Shown in pieces: positions 1 through 8,299 of a stretch of DNA of 64,000 nt. The stretch spans positions 9,180 through 73,179 of the forward strand of contig CAMYMF010000014.1 of the NCBI GenBank assembly GCA_947259355.1, in the 5' to 3' direction. This DNA comes from an uncultured Nitrospirota bacterium (GTDB lineage: Bacteria > CG2-30-53-67). Position numbers and translations under genes: made by a program. Under the pieces are notes generated by a model. It was not told where the DNA came from, searched no databases, and saw nothing but the letters and a program-made list of their open reading frames with translations. How positions within the stretch are numbered: the stretch's first letter is position 1; each line of letters opens with the position of its first letter.

Positions 1-375
1 TTCTTTCCCGAAGGCACCCGTGCCCTCGCCCTGGCGGGTGCGGAGATCATCCTGGCGCCGACGGCGGCTGCGTACGCATCGCAGGAGCGATGGTATCACG
101 TCATTTCCGCCAACGCCTTTGTAAACAATGTGTTCATTTTTCGCGTCAATCGCGTCGGACACGATCACGGGCTTGACTTCTATGGGCACAGCTTCTGTGT
201 CGATCCTTTCGGCGAATTGATTGCCGAGCCCGTCGGGCTGCAGGAAAGTATCCTCATGGCTGAGGTGGATCTGGCTCGCGTCGGCGAAGCCCGAGAGCAG
301 AGCGGCTTCTTCCGGGACCGTCGCGAACAACTCTACCGCGAACTCCTACCAACGCGCGCCGAGGATGCGTCATGA
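1..375 (+). CDS. carbon-nitrogen hydrolase (nitrilase superfamily) protein, 5'-truncated by window edge
   Basis: Frame 1 is open from nt 1 (FFPEGTRALALAGAEIILAPTAAAY...). The C-terminal stretch FIFRVNRVGHD...FYGHSFCVDPFGE...MAEVDL resembles CN-hydrolase/amidase C-termini. Its stop overlaps the next start (ATGA at 372-375). Confidence 0.7.
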   Translation, partial: FFPEGTRALALAGAEIILAPTAAAYASQERWYHVISANAFVNNVFIFRVNRVGHDHGLDFYGHSFCVDPFGELIAEPVGLQESILMAEVDLARVGEAREQSGFFRDRREQLYRELLPTRAEDAS

Positions 376-1487
376 TCATTGGCATTCCTCGGGAAATCAA
401 AGACCATGAGTATCGGGTGGCCTCGACGCCCGCCTGCGTGGAACAGCTCACAGAAGGGGGCCACACCGTTCTCATTCAGGAAGGGGCGGGGGTGGGGAGC
501 GGGATCTCCGATCATGAATTCGAAGAGGCCGGTGCCACAGTAGTGCGAGACGCCAAGTCGGTCTTCGATCGGGCCGAGCTGATCGTAAAAGTCAAGGAGC
601 CCCTGTCGCCGGAGTATGAACGCTTTCGCGAGGGGCAGGCGCTTTTCACGTTTTTGCACCTTGCAGCCGATCGCGCGCTGACGGAGTTTCTCCTCAAGAA
701 GAGGATCCGGGCTATCGGCTATGAAACCATTGAGGCCGACGACGGCAGCCTGCCCATCTTGGTGCCCATGAGTGAGATCGCCGGGCGGATGTCCGTGCAG
801 ATCGGGGCCTATTATCTGGAGAGCCACAATGCCGGCAAGGGAATCCTCCTCTCCGGCGTACCCGGGGTGCGTCATGGGGAGGTGGTGATCATCGGCGGCG
901 GCATTGTCGGAGCGAACGCGGCGCGCATCGCGCGGGCCATGGGCGCGCGGGTCACCCTGATTGACAAGAATGCCAAGCGGCTCAAAGAGCTCGATGACCG
1001 TTTCGGCGGCGACGTGACCACGCTGACGCCCATCAAGAAGAATATCGCCACCTGCGTCGCCAAGGCGGATCTGCTCATCGGCGCCGTCCTCGTCGCAGGG
1101 GGTCGCGCCCCCAAGGTGGTGACCCGTGAGATGATCCGCACCATGGAAGGCGGCTCGGTGGTGGTGGATGTGGCCGTCGACCAGGGAGGATGTTTTGAGA
1201 CGACGCGGCCCACCAGCCATTCGGAGCCGGTCTACGAGGTGGATGAGGTCATCCACTACGCGGTCACCAACATCCCCGGCGCCGTGGCGCGCACGTCGAC
1301 CTTTGCCCTCACCAACGCAACCCTGCCCTACCTCTCGGAGATTGCCGACCAAGGCTTTGCCCAGGCGCTTCGCCAGTCCGGAGCCCTGCGCAAAGGGGTT
1401 AACACCCTCCAGGGACACCTGACCCATCCCCTCGTGGCGGAGGCCTTCGGTCTGCCCCACCGCGCCGCCCAAGATCTGCTGGCCTGA
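372..1487 (+). CDS. ald: L-alanine dehydrogenase
   Basis: 371 aa. N-terminus MIIGIPREIKDHEYRV and the NAD-binding GGGIVGANAA motif are typical of Ald. ATGA overlap with the upstream ORF. Confidence 0.9.
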   Translation: MIIGIPREIKDHEYRVASTPACVEQLTEGGHTVLIQEGAGVGSGISDHEFEEAGATVVRDAKSVFDRAELIVKVKEPLSPEYERFREGQALFTFLHLAADRALTEFLLKKRIRAIGYETIEADDGSLPILVPMSEIAGRMSVQIGAYYLESHNAGKGILLSGVPGVRHGEVVIIGGGIVGANAARIARAMGARVTLIDKNAKRLKELDDRFGGDVTTLTPIKKNIATCVAKADLLIGAVLVAGGRAPKVVTREMIRTMEGGSVVVDVAVDQGGCFETTRPTSHSEPVYEVDEVIHYAVTNIPGAVARTSTFALTNATLPYLSEIADQGFAQALRQSGALRKGVNTLQGHLTHPLVAEAFGLPHRAAQDLLA

Positions 1488-1579
1488 CGCAGGATGCAAG
1501 CTGTCGCATTACCCTGTCTGTGGATCCATCGCTGGAGGGTTCAATAGGAGGGTGAGCCGTCTGGAGCCGGGCAGAAAAA

Positions 1580-1654
1580 TGGTGGGCGATGCCGGGTTCG
1601 AACCGGCGACTTCCACCGTGTGAAGATGGCACTCTCCCGCTGAGTTAATCGCCC
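1580..1654 (-). tRNA. tRNA-Val (anticodon CAC)
   Basis: 75-nt cloverleaf folded by hand: acceptor GGGCGAT/ATCGCCC, D-stem ACTC/GAGT, anticodon stem CCATC/GGTGG with loop TTCACAC, T-arm GCCGG-TTCGAAC-CCGGC, encoded CCA. Confidence 0.9.
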
Positions 1655-1667
1655 ACTCCGGTCTCGA

Positions 1668-1695
1668 ATATTACCAGAGACCGGTCAAATGTCAA
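1668..1695 (-). promoter_or_regulatory. candidate sigma-70 promoter of tRNA-Val
   Basis: On the minus strand: TTGACA (1695-1690), 16-nt spacer, TAATAT (1673-1668), ending 13 nt before the mature tRNA 5' end. Confidence 0.4.
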
Positions 1696-1757
1696 TGTTT
1701 ATTCAGCGCAGGATCCTTGCGCTGACTGCATCACGATTCCCCAGGGCAATCCGGTTT

Positions 1758-2067
1758 AGCTCGGATATTGCATAAGTGCTTGTCGCGAGAGGCAGTAGAG
1801 TCGTCACAGGCACGGCGCAGAAGATTTTCTGGCTGAAGCCATATTGCAATATTTGAGTGGTCCTTTGCAAATATGGTGACGTATCGAGAGGGTTGTCGCG
1901 CGATCTCCTCAAGGCGCGCGACTGAGGCGTACCCCCTGAGGAGGTACGTTGCGGGGAGCGCAACGCAGAGGAGGGTGCGCTACGGCACTCGAATGCCACC
2001 GTATTTTCGAATAGGGCCACCAGATCAGAAAGTCTTCTGTAACACCGCATGTGGCAGGCGATACGGC
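1758..2067. repeat. composite copy of the AATATTGCA palindromic element (copy 1), carrying a ~170-nt nested insert
   Basis: Left end agctcggatattgcataagtg resembles the copy-2 terminus. The core 1814-1854 is identical to 29173-29213 at 40 of 41 positions. The right arm 2026-2067 matches the copy-2 right arm. 1855-2025 is extra, itself hairpin-rich sequence. Confidence 0.6.
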
Positions 2068-2580
2068 CTAGAGCTCGTAGAGCGTATCGTCCACCGATGG
2101 CGGCAGAAACCGCTTGCGCAAACCCGCCATGCCACCGGAGGTTTTGGGGGCAAAGGGATCTTCCCCTTCAAGGATATCGCCCATTTCCTGATCGATCTGT
2201 TCTGGATCCTCTCCGGCCTCCATCCGGCGGATGGCCTCTTCCATGCCGGAGCCAAGCCGCAGGCCGGTGGCATCGAAGAGCCTGCGCATCAATCGGGCTG
2301 CCTGGCGGGGATCCTCCTCGTTCATCCCTTCCGCTTCCCGGGCGAGGACCTGCATGGCCTGCTCCAGTTTACCTTCGTCCATGTCGGGCATGGCGTCTTC
2401 GTCTCCCTCTTCGCGCCCCCTGGAGATGGCAAAGAGAGAAACCTCACGTTCCAGGTCGGCCCGGCCGCATTTGGGGCAATTGGGGCGGCGCTCGGTATTG
2501 ACCGTGCGGGACAGAAAGTTGAAAATCCTGTGGCAGTCGCTGCAGTAGAACTCGTAGATTGGCACGGACTCCCCTCCCAT
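2068..2580 (-). CDS. FmdB-family zinc-ribbon protein with a long acidic C-terminal extension
   Basis: PIYEFYCSDCHRIF...RPNCPKCG gives the CxxC...CxxC zinc ribbon. I placed the start at the internal ATG (MGGESVPIYEF); the ORF stays open up to 2637. Confidence 0.6.
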   Translation of the reverse strand: MGGESVPIYEFYCSDCHRIFNFLSRTVNTERRPNCPKCGRADLEREVSLFAISRGREEGDEDAMPDMDEGKLEQAMQVLAREAEGMNEEDPRQAARLMRRLFDATGLRLGSGMEEAIRRMEAGEDPEQIDQEMGDILEGEDPFAPKTSGGMAGLRKRFLPPSVDDTLYEL

Positions 2581-2995
2581 AGTAGTGCAAACGAAATCAC
2601 CCGGAAACAAAATATCACAAACGGCTGTCACCATCAAAGAAAAACGACGGTTTCCGTTGAATCTTGAACCCCTGCGGTCATGTACGTCCGTTGCAATGAA
2701 CAGTGCCCGGGCCGGCGACAGTCTGTTCGCTCAGGTTTAATCCTCAACATCCGTCGACTTCGAGCTGATTTTCTCCTTCCTGCGAGCGCCTCCCCCCCGA
2801 CGCCATAGCGAGCCCCTTTTTTCAGGGTTTTCAGACAGAAACCCCCCGTTGCCCTCTACCCCTTTTCTATGATATACAAGCTTATCTTCTCAACACCGGG
2901 TTTCTTCCGTTTTATAGGCCTTCGCACGTCACGGTCATGCCGCAGTTTAGGACGAACGCTCAGCCGGATTCGTGCACCTCAGGAAGAGGTGACCA

Positions 2996-5473
2996 GTGGC
3001 CCTTGCACTTCAACGACCGCTCTTTCAGGGTGCGACCAGCGGGATTCTAGATCGGGCTCAGATACGGGCCATCCTCACACGGGTCAAAAACCGGATGATT
3101 CCAGTCCGGGTCTCGTTCAGCCAGGACGCCTGCCTCTATCATGCGTACGTGGAAAAGTTTTGGCCCAACGCAGCCGCGATCGATCTGCGCATGCCGGCGT
3201 GGGGGGATGCTGCAACGGCGCCGTCCATACGGCCCGGCGCACGCATGACCGTCTCCTTCGCCTTCAGGGAGCGGGCGCTTTTCTTCGACACGGGCATCGC
3301 AGGCATATTCAAGCGGGACGTGCGGATCTGGTTTCCCCACGCGCTCTCCGTTTACCCGACCCGGGGCGCCCATCGGCTGGCACACCCCTTTTCGGTGCCC
3401 ATGACGGTGGAGTTTGTAGACCCCCGAACCCAGCGGGGGTGGCGGGTTCATGACCTCGAAGACCTTGGCTACCACGGTCTCAGCTTTCGTTGCGCCGACG
3501 AGGCGCCCCCGCCCCCGGGCATCCGCATTCCCCGTTTGAACCTGTACAGTTTTGAACGCCGCTGTTACGCGACGGCAGCGAGGGTTCTACATGTGAGGGA
3601 GTGTCGAGACGCTGCGGGCAGCTGCTTTCGTCGTGTCAGCGTGATCTTTGCTTCTTCCCACAGAAGGGACGCGCACCGTGCACCGGCTCGGGTCGCCATG
3701 GGAACGGGGCGGGATGAACTGAACCACCCGCCGACCATCCAGAGCCTCCTGAATCAGTGGCTGTACGAGAAGTTGCCGGTAACGTTCAACGATGCGGAAA
3801 AAAGACGCAGCCCAATCCAGGCGGTTCCGCATCCACCCTTTTTCGACGAGGGCGCGCTGGTATTTCGGCTCTTGCCGCAGGGACCGGCAGCGTTTCCCTT
3901 CCGGGTGGGAGAGCAGATCCGGGGCGAGTGTGTCCATCACGACACGCTCTTTCGCTTCGCCACGATTCTGGGGCACAGCGCCGGCGGGCGCATGCGGGTG
4001 GGGATGCCGGTCCGTATCACGCGGCTGCGCAGGAGGCGGACGCCGCGGTGTCCGTCCGTCGGCCACTCTCGTATTCGCATCGCCCTTCGCAACCCGCTCT
4101 CCAACAACATCATTTCAAAGCCCATTGCCGATTTGTCGGAGGATGGCTTCTCAATGTCTCTCGACTACAAACGGGCCATGCTCTTCCCCGGCATGATGAT
4201 TGAGGGGACGCAGCTCCATCTGCCGGACGGCCGGTACAGGATCCCGTCCGTGCAGGTGCTTTACGCCAAAACCCTTCCGTCCTTGCGCGGCCGACCGCGC
4301 TGCCGCGTCGGCTTTGTTTGGAAGCATTTGTCCGATGCGACCCGCCGCGCCATCGGCGACGTGTTGCGAAACCTGCGCCATCCCCGACTGCTCCGGCCAG
4401 GCCACGCGAGCGTCGCGAAGATCTGGGACCTCTATGACCAGGCGGGATTCCTCTATCCGGCAAAGAAAGCGGCCATTTCGCAGATGCAAGAGGAGATCGA
4501 CGAGACCTGGGAAAAGCTCTATGCGCCGGAAACGCCCTTCTTCCTCAACCTCACCTTGACCATAGACGGGCAGATCGTTGGGTCGGGCGCCATTCTTCAG
4601 ATTTATGACAGCACGTGGCTGCTGCAGCATCTCTCCGCCCTTCCCAATCATCCCGCGGCAGTCAGCAAAGAGATTAACCTGGGGCTGGTGGAGGAGCTGA
4701 TGCGCGACCGAAAGATCTGGTATATCAAGACCTATTTTCGGCCGAACAATCCCTGGCCCAACAAGACGTTCCGGGCCTTTGCGGAAAAACGCCTCAAGCC
4801 GGGCGCCTACGATCTGACGCGGTATCACTTCTTTCAGAGAGACCCTTCACCCCTGCCGGTTGCCGGCAGTCTGCCCGCAGGGGTTGCCGTGGGCGCCCTC
4901 AGGCGGGGCGATGGCGAAATCATACGGAATTACTTCGTACGCGCCGGGAAGGTCTTCTTCGCCCGCGCCGAGTCACTTCTCACAACGGATTGCAGTCTCC
5001 GAGAGACGTCTGAGCGCTATCGCAGACGGGGACTTCTGAGAGACCGGCGGATCTTCGTGGCGAAAAAGACCGGGGCCCTCCTGGCTTTCGTGTTGGCCGA
5101 AGACGCATCCTTCGGTTTGAACCTCTCCGGCCTTCTCAATACATGCCGACTCTATCTGCTCACACACGATCCGGTGGTGCTGGCGGACGTGCTGCCCCAC
5201 CTGTTGAACCGGGTCCTGGCGTTCTATCATTCCCGGGGATATCAAAAAGTGCTCCTGGGCGTGTCCGACGGGGCCGGGCCAGTGCTCGCTCCGCTCGGTT
5301 TCGAACCGACGCGGGACTACTACGGCCTCACCTTTCACCGGGAATCCCTGTTGGAGTACCTGCATTTCATTCATGACAAGTACGCGAGGCTCGAGCGCAG
5401 AATGGGAAAAAGGAGGCCCGATCTTCGCAAAGGCAATGGTGTACATCGTCAAGGCCCAGGGATCGTATCATGA
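2996..5473 (+). CDS. tandem PilZ-domain protein fused to a GNAT/acyltransferase-like C-terminal region (function unknown)
   Basis: 825-aa ORF with a GTG start after AGGAAGAGG. Two RxxxR...DxSxxG-type signatures: RGAHR...DLGYHG and RRTPR...DLSEDG. Its stop overlaps the next start (ATGA at 5470-5473). The start codon is uncertain. Confidence 0.6.
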   Translation: MALALQRPLFQGATSGILDRAQIRAILTRVKNRMIPVRVSFSQDACLYHAYVEKFWPNAAAIDLRMPAWGDAATAPSIRPGARMTVSFAFRERALFFDTGIAGIFKRDVRIWFPHALSVYPTRGAHRLAHPFSVPMTVEFVDPRTQRGWRVHDLEDLGYHGLSFRCADEAPPPPGIRIPRLNLYSFERRCYATAARVLHVRECRDAAGSCFRRVSVIFASSHRRDAHRAPARVAMGTGRDELNHPPTIQSLLNQWLYEKLPVTFNDAEKRRSPIQAVPHPPFFDEGALVFRLLPQGPAAFPFRVGEQIRGECVHHDTLFRFATILGHSAGGRMRVGMPVRITRLRRRRTPRCPSVGHSRIRIALRNPLSNNIISKPIADLSEDGFSMSLDYKRAMLFPGMMIEGTQLHLPDGRYRIPSVQVLYAKTLPSLRGRPRCRVGFVWKHLSDATRRAIGDVLRNLRHPRLLRPGHASVAKIWDLYDQAGFLYPAKKAAISQMQEEIDETWEKLYAPETPFFLNLTLTIDGQIVGSGAILQIYDSTWLLQHLSALPNHPAAVSKEINLGLVEELMRDRKIWYIKTYFRPNNPWPNKTFRAFAEKRLKPGAYDLTRYHFFQRDPSPLPVAGSLPAGVAVGALRRGDGEIIRNYFVRAGKVFFARAESLLTTDCSLRETSERYRRRGLLRDRRIFVAKKTGALLAFVLAEDASFGLNLSGLLNTCRLYLLTHDPVVLADVLPHLLNRVLAFYHSRGYQKVLLGVSDGAGPVLAPLGFEPTRDYYGLTFHRESLLEYLHFIHDKYARLERRMGKRRPDLRKGNGVHRQGPGIVS

Positions 5474-6987
5474 AGATACTGCTCATCAAACCGCCGTTGA
5501 ACAAGACCTCCATCATCGGGGACTCCCTCATCGAGCCGCTGGAGCTAGAAATCCTCGCTGCGACGGTGTCGCAGTATCCGTGCAGGATTCTGGACATGCG
5601 GATCGATCCCGATCTCAGGAGTGCTCTCCGGGACTTTAGGCCCGATGTCGTCGGCGTCACGGGCTACACCACCGAGGTGCCGATGGTACGCGCACTGATC
5701 CGTCGGGTAAAGATGCTGGCGCCGTCGGCTTTCACAGTGGTCGGTGGCTGCCACGCATCGGTGGTGCCCGGTGACTTCTTTGCCAGCGGTGTCGACGCGG
5801 TGGCGGTGGGAAACGGGGAGGCCCTCTTCCCCCGTTTACTCGATGCGCGAACCCGGCAGGCAGACCTCGCCTCGGTGACGGGTCTTTGGCTTCGCGCCAA
5901 AGCGGGATATACGTACACGGGCGATCCGCCGCCGCTGAGGGATCTCGATACGCTGCCCCCGCCGGCCCGGTGGCTGACCCAGTCCTATCGGCACCGCTAT
6001 TTCTTTGGACGCAACCGACCGGCTGCGGCCATCGTCACGTCTCGGGGGTGTCCCTTCCGGTGCACTTTCTGCTCCATCTGGAAGATGATGCACGGCAAGT
6101 ATCTGGTCCGGAACGTGGACACGGTGGTGGAGGAGCTGCATGAAATCAGAGAACGGCATGTCTTCATTGCGGATGACAACACCCTATCCCACGCCCGCCA
6201 CGCCGGAAGTCTGGCGACTGCCATCGGGCGGGCCGGTCTTCACAAGCGCTACAAGATGTATGGACGGGCGGATGCCATCGTCGCGCGCCCGGACATCGTG
6301 GCCAAGTGGCGCTCGGTCGGTCTTGAGACGGTCATCATGGGGCTCGAGTCATTCCAGGACGGCAGGCTCTCCCAATTCAACAAGGGCAGTACGGTGGATC
6401 TTCAGAACCGTGCCATTGCAATCCTGAAGGCCAACGGGATCCGGGTGCGGGCCTATTTCATCGTCGATCCTGATTTCACACAGGACGATTTTCAGGCGTT
6501 GCTGGACTACGTCGAGCGTGAAGAAATCACGGAGCCCATGTTCTCCATCCTCACGCCCTTGCCGGGAACGGAGCTCTTTGAACAGTCTAGGGAGCGGCTC
6601 GTTTTGGACCGGCATGAGCTCTTCGACCTCGTCCACGCCGTACTGCCGACGCGACTCCCGCGGCGGCAGTTCTATGCAGAATTCAGCAGGCTTTACCGAA
6701 AGAGCTATCCCCTGAAGAAAATCCTCGGGATCGATGGCGCCCCGCTGCGGCCCGGGCGCCTTGTGGGCGGCGGACTGGCCTATCTCAAGATGCGGGCCAT
6801 TACCCGACGGATGGAACAGGCTTATCGCATTGAGGAGCAGATCCATGCCAAGACTCGTACTGATCAACCCGGTGTGCGACACGAAGCGGGGCATCCAGCG
6901 GCGAAAGATCACGCGCTTTCCCCCCTTGGGGCTGGCCTATCTCGCCGCCGTGACGCCGCCGGACTGGACGGTGACCCTGGTCGATGA
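5470..6987 (+). CDS. B12-binding domain-containing radical SAM protein
   Basis: N-terminal MKILLIKPP...VVGVTGYTT...VVGGCH is a B12-binding-type Rossmann segment. SRGCPFRCTFCS provides the CxxxCxxC cluster motif. Confidence 0.85.
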   Translation: MKILLIKPPLNKTSIIGDSLIEPLELEILAATVSQYPCRILDMRIDPDLRSALRDFRPDVVGVTGYTTEVPMVRALIRRVKMLAPSAFTVVGGCHASVVPGDFFASGVDAVAVGNGEALFPRLLDARTRQADLASVTGLWLRAKAGYTYTGDPPPLRDLDTLPPPARWLTQSYRHRYFFGRNRPAAAIVTSRGCPFRCTFCSIWKMMHGKYLVRNVDTVVEELHEIRERHVFIADDNTLSHARHAGSLATAIGRAGLHKRYKMYGRADAIVARPDIVAKWRSVGLETVIMGLESFQDGRLSQFNKGSTVDLQNRAIAILKANGIRVRAYFIVDPDFTQDDFQALLDYVEREEITEPMFSILTPLPGTELFEQSRERLVLDRHELFDLVHAVLPTRLPRRQFYAEFSRLYRKSYPLKKILGIDGAPLRPGRLVGGGLAYLKMRAITRRMEQAYRIEEQIHAKTRTDQPGVRHEAGHPAAKDHALSPLGAGLSRRRDAAGLDGDPGR

Positions 6988-8299
6988 GAACATCGCGCCG
7001 GCCGTGCTACCCGACGCCGATCTGGTAGGCATTACCTCTTTTACGTCGACCATCAATCGGGCCTACGGGCTGGCGTCGGTTTATCGCGCGCGAACGGTGC
7101 CCGTGGTGATGGGCGGCATTCATCCCACCATGCTCTCTGAAGAGGCCCGGCAGTTTGCGGACAGCGTCGTCCGGGGCGAGGCGGAGGCTGTCTGGCCCCA
7201 GGTGCTGCGGGATGCTCAGGCGGGTTGTTTGAAGCCGCTCTACGAGGGCCGTCCCCAGCGGCTCGCCGATCTGCCCCACCCGAGGCGGGATCTTTTCGAC
7301 CTCGGTTACGCCTGGGGCACGCTGCAGACGTCTCGGGGTTGCCCCATGGACTGCCACTTCTGCTCGGTGACGGCCTTCAATGGGCGGCGATTTCGGCAGA
7401 GACCCGTGGCAGATGTGCTCCAGGAACTCGCAACCATCCCACAACGGCATATCTTCTTTGTGGACGATAACCTGCTGGGATACGGTCGGCAAGCCGAGGC
7501 CCGGGCCGTTGAGCTTTTTCGGGGGATGGTCGAGCGGGGGCTTGGAAAACGGTTCGTGTGCCAAACATCGCTCAATTTTGCCGACAACCCACAGGTGCTC
7601 AAGTGGGCGCAAAAAGCGGGTTGTAAAATGATTTTTGTTGGACTAGAATCCGTTTCAGAGGGTTCTCTGGAGTCTATGGGAAAATCCTATAACCTCAAGA
7701 AAGGGACCGACCAGTATGCCGCATGCATTCGACGCTGCCACGCACACGGAATCGGCGTCATCGGCGCGCTCATTTTCGGAAACGACGAAGACGATCCGGG
7801 AATCTTCGACAGGACCCTCGGCTTTATCCGAACGAGCGGACTGGACGTCATCCAGATCACCTTCGCAACGCCGCTGCCGGGGACCCGTTTGTTCGAGCAG
7901 CTGCAGCGGGAAGGAAGGCTGACACGGACCGATTTTCCGAGAGACTGGAAGGACTACAGCTTTTCCAGGATTCTCTTTCGGACGCGTGGTATGTCGGCCG
8001 AAGATTTCTACCGCGGGATGGTGTACGTGAAAGACCATCTGTACACCCCCATGCCTTTCATCCGGCGGGTGTTCCGAACCCTTCTGGAGACGCGCGATCC
8101 GGCCACGGCGGCGATGGCGTATAAATTGAACAAAGGGTATCGTAGAGGCTACCTTGAAACGGCCTACTTCCAACCTTACTCCTCGATGCACCGAAGGGCT
8201 TCCGCCAGAAAGCCCACCCGGTCCCGCCGGCCCTTTGCCGCCCGCGACGGGAGCCCAAAGGGGCCCGGAAGAAGAGCCGTTGACGATCGATCCGTCTAA
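6845..8299 (+). CDS. B12-binding domain-containing radical SAM protein (second paralog)
   Basis: ATG at 6845 is preceded by GAGGAG. MPRLVLINP...LVGITSFTS...VMGGIH followed by SRGCPMDCHFCS. The ORF is open from 6734, but the 6845 start has the RBS. Confidence 0.85.
   Translation: MPRLVLINPVCDTKRGIQRRKITRFPPLGLAYLAAVTPPDWTVTLVDENIAPAVLPDADLVGITSFTSTINRAYGLASVYRARTVPVVMGGIHPTMLSEEARQFADSVVRGEAEAVWPQVLRDAQAGCLKPLYEGRPQRLADLPHPRRDLFDLGYAWGTLQTSRGCPMDCHFCSVTAFNGRRFRQRPVADVLQELATIPQRHIFFVDDNLLGYGRQAEARAVELFRGMVERGLGKRFVCQTSLNFADNPQVLKWAQKAGCKMIFVGLESVSEGSLESMGKSYNLKKGTDQYAACIRRCHAHGIGVIGALIFGNDEDDPGIFDRTLGFIRTSGLDVIQITFATPLPGTRLFEQLQREGRLTRTDFPRDWKDYSFSRILFRTRGMSAEDFYRGMVYVKDHLYTPMPFIRRVFRTLLETRDPATAAMAYKLNKGYRRGYLETAYFQPYSSMHRRASARKPTRSRRPFAARDGSPKGPGRRAVDDRSV

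Noticed and set aside
333-1499. 388-aa minus-strand ORF
   Set aside because: Antisense to alanine dehydrogenase, with no motifs.
1657-1683. 8-bp hairpin CCGGTCTC...GAGACCGG next to the tRNA-Val 5' end
   Set aside because: It coincides with the spacer and -10 region of the predicted tRNA promoter, and it sits on the upstream side, so it is not a terminator. Probably incidental.
1873-2667. 264-aa + strand ORF
   Set aside because: It starts inside the repeat element and runs antisense to the zinc-ribbon gene.
2869-3453. 194-aa + strand ORF overlapping the start of the PilZ gene in another frame
   Set aside because: No RBS and a Ser/Arg/Gly-rich translation. The 825-aa frame carries the recognisable motifs.
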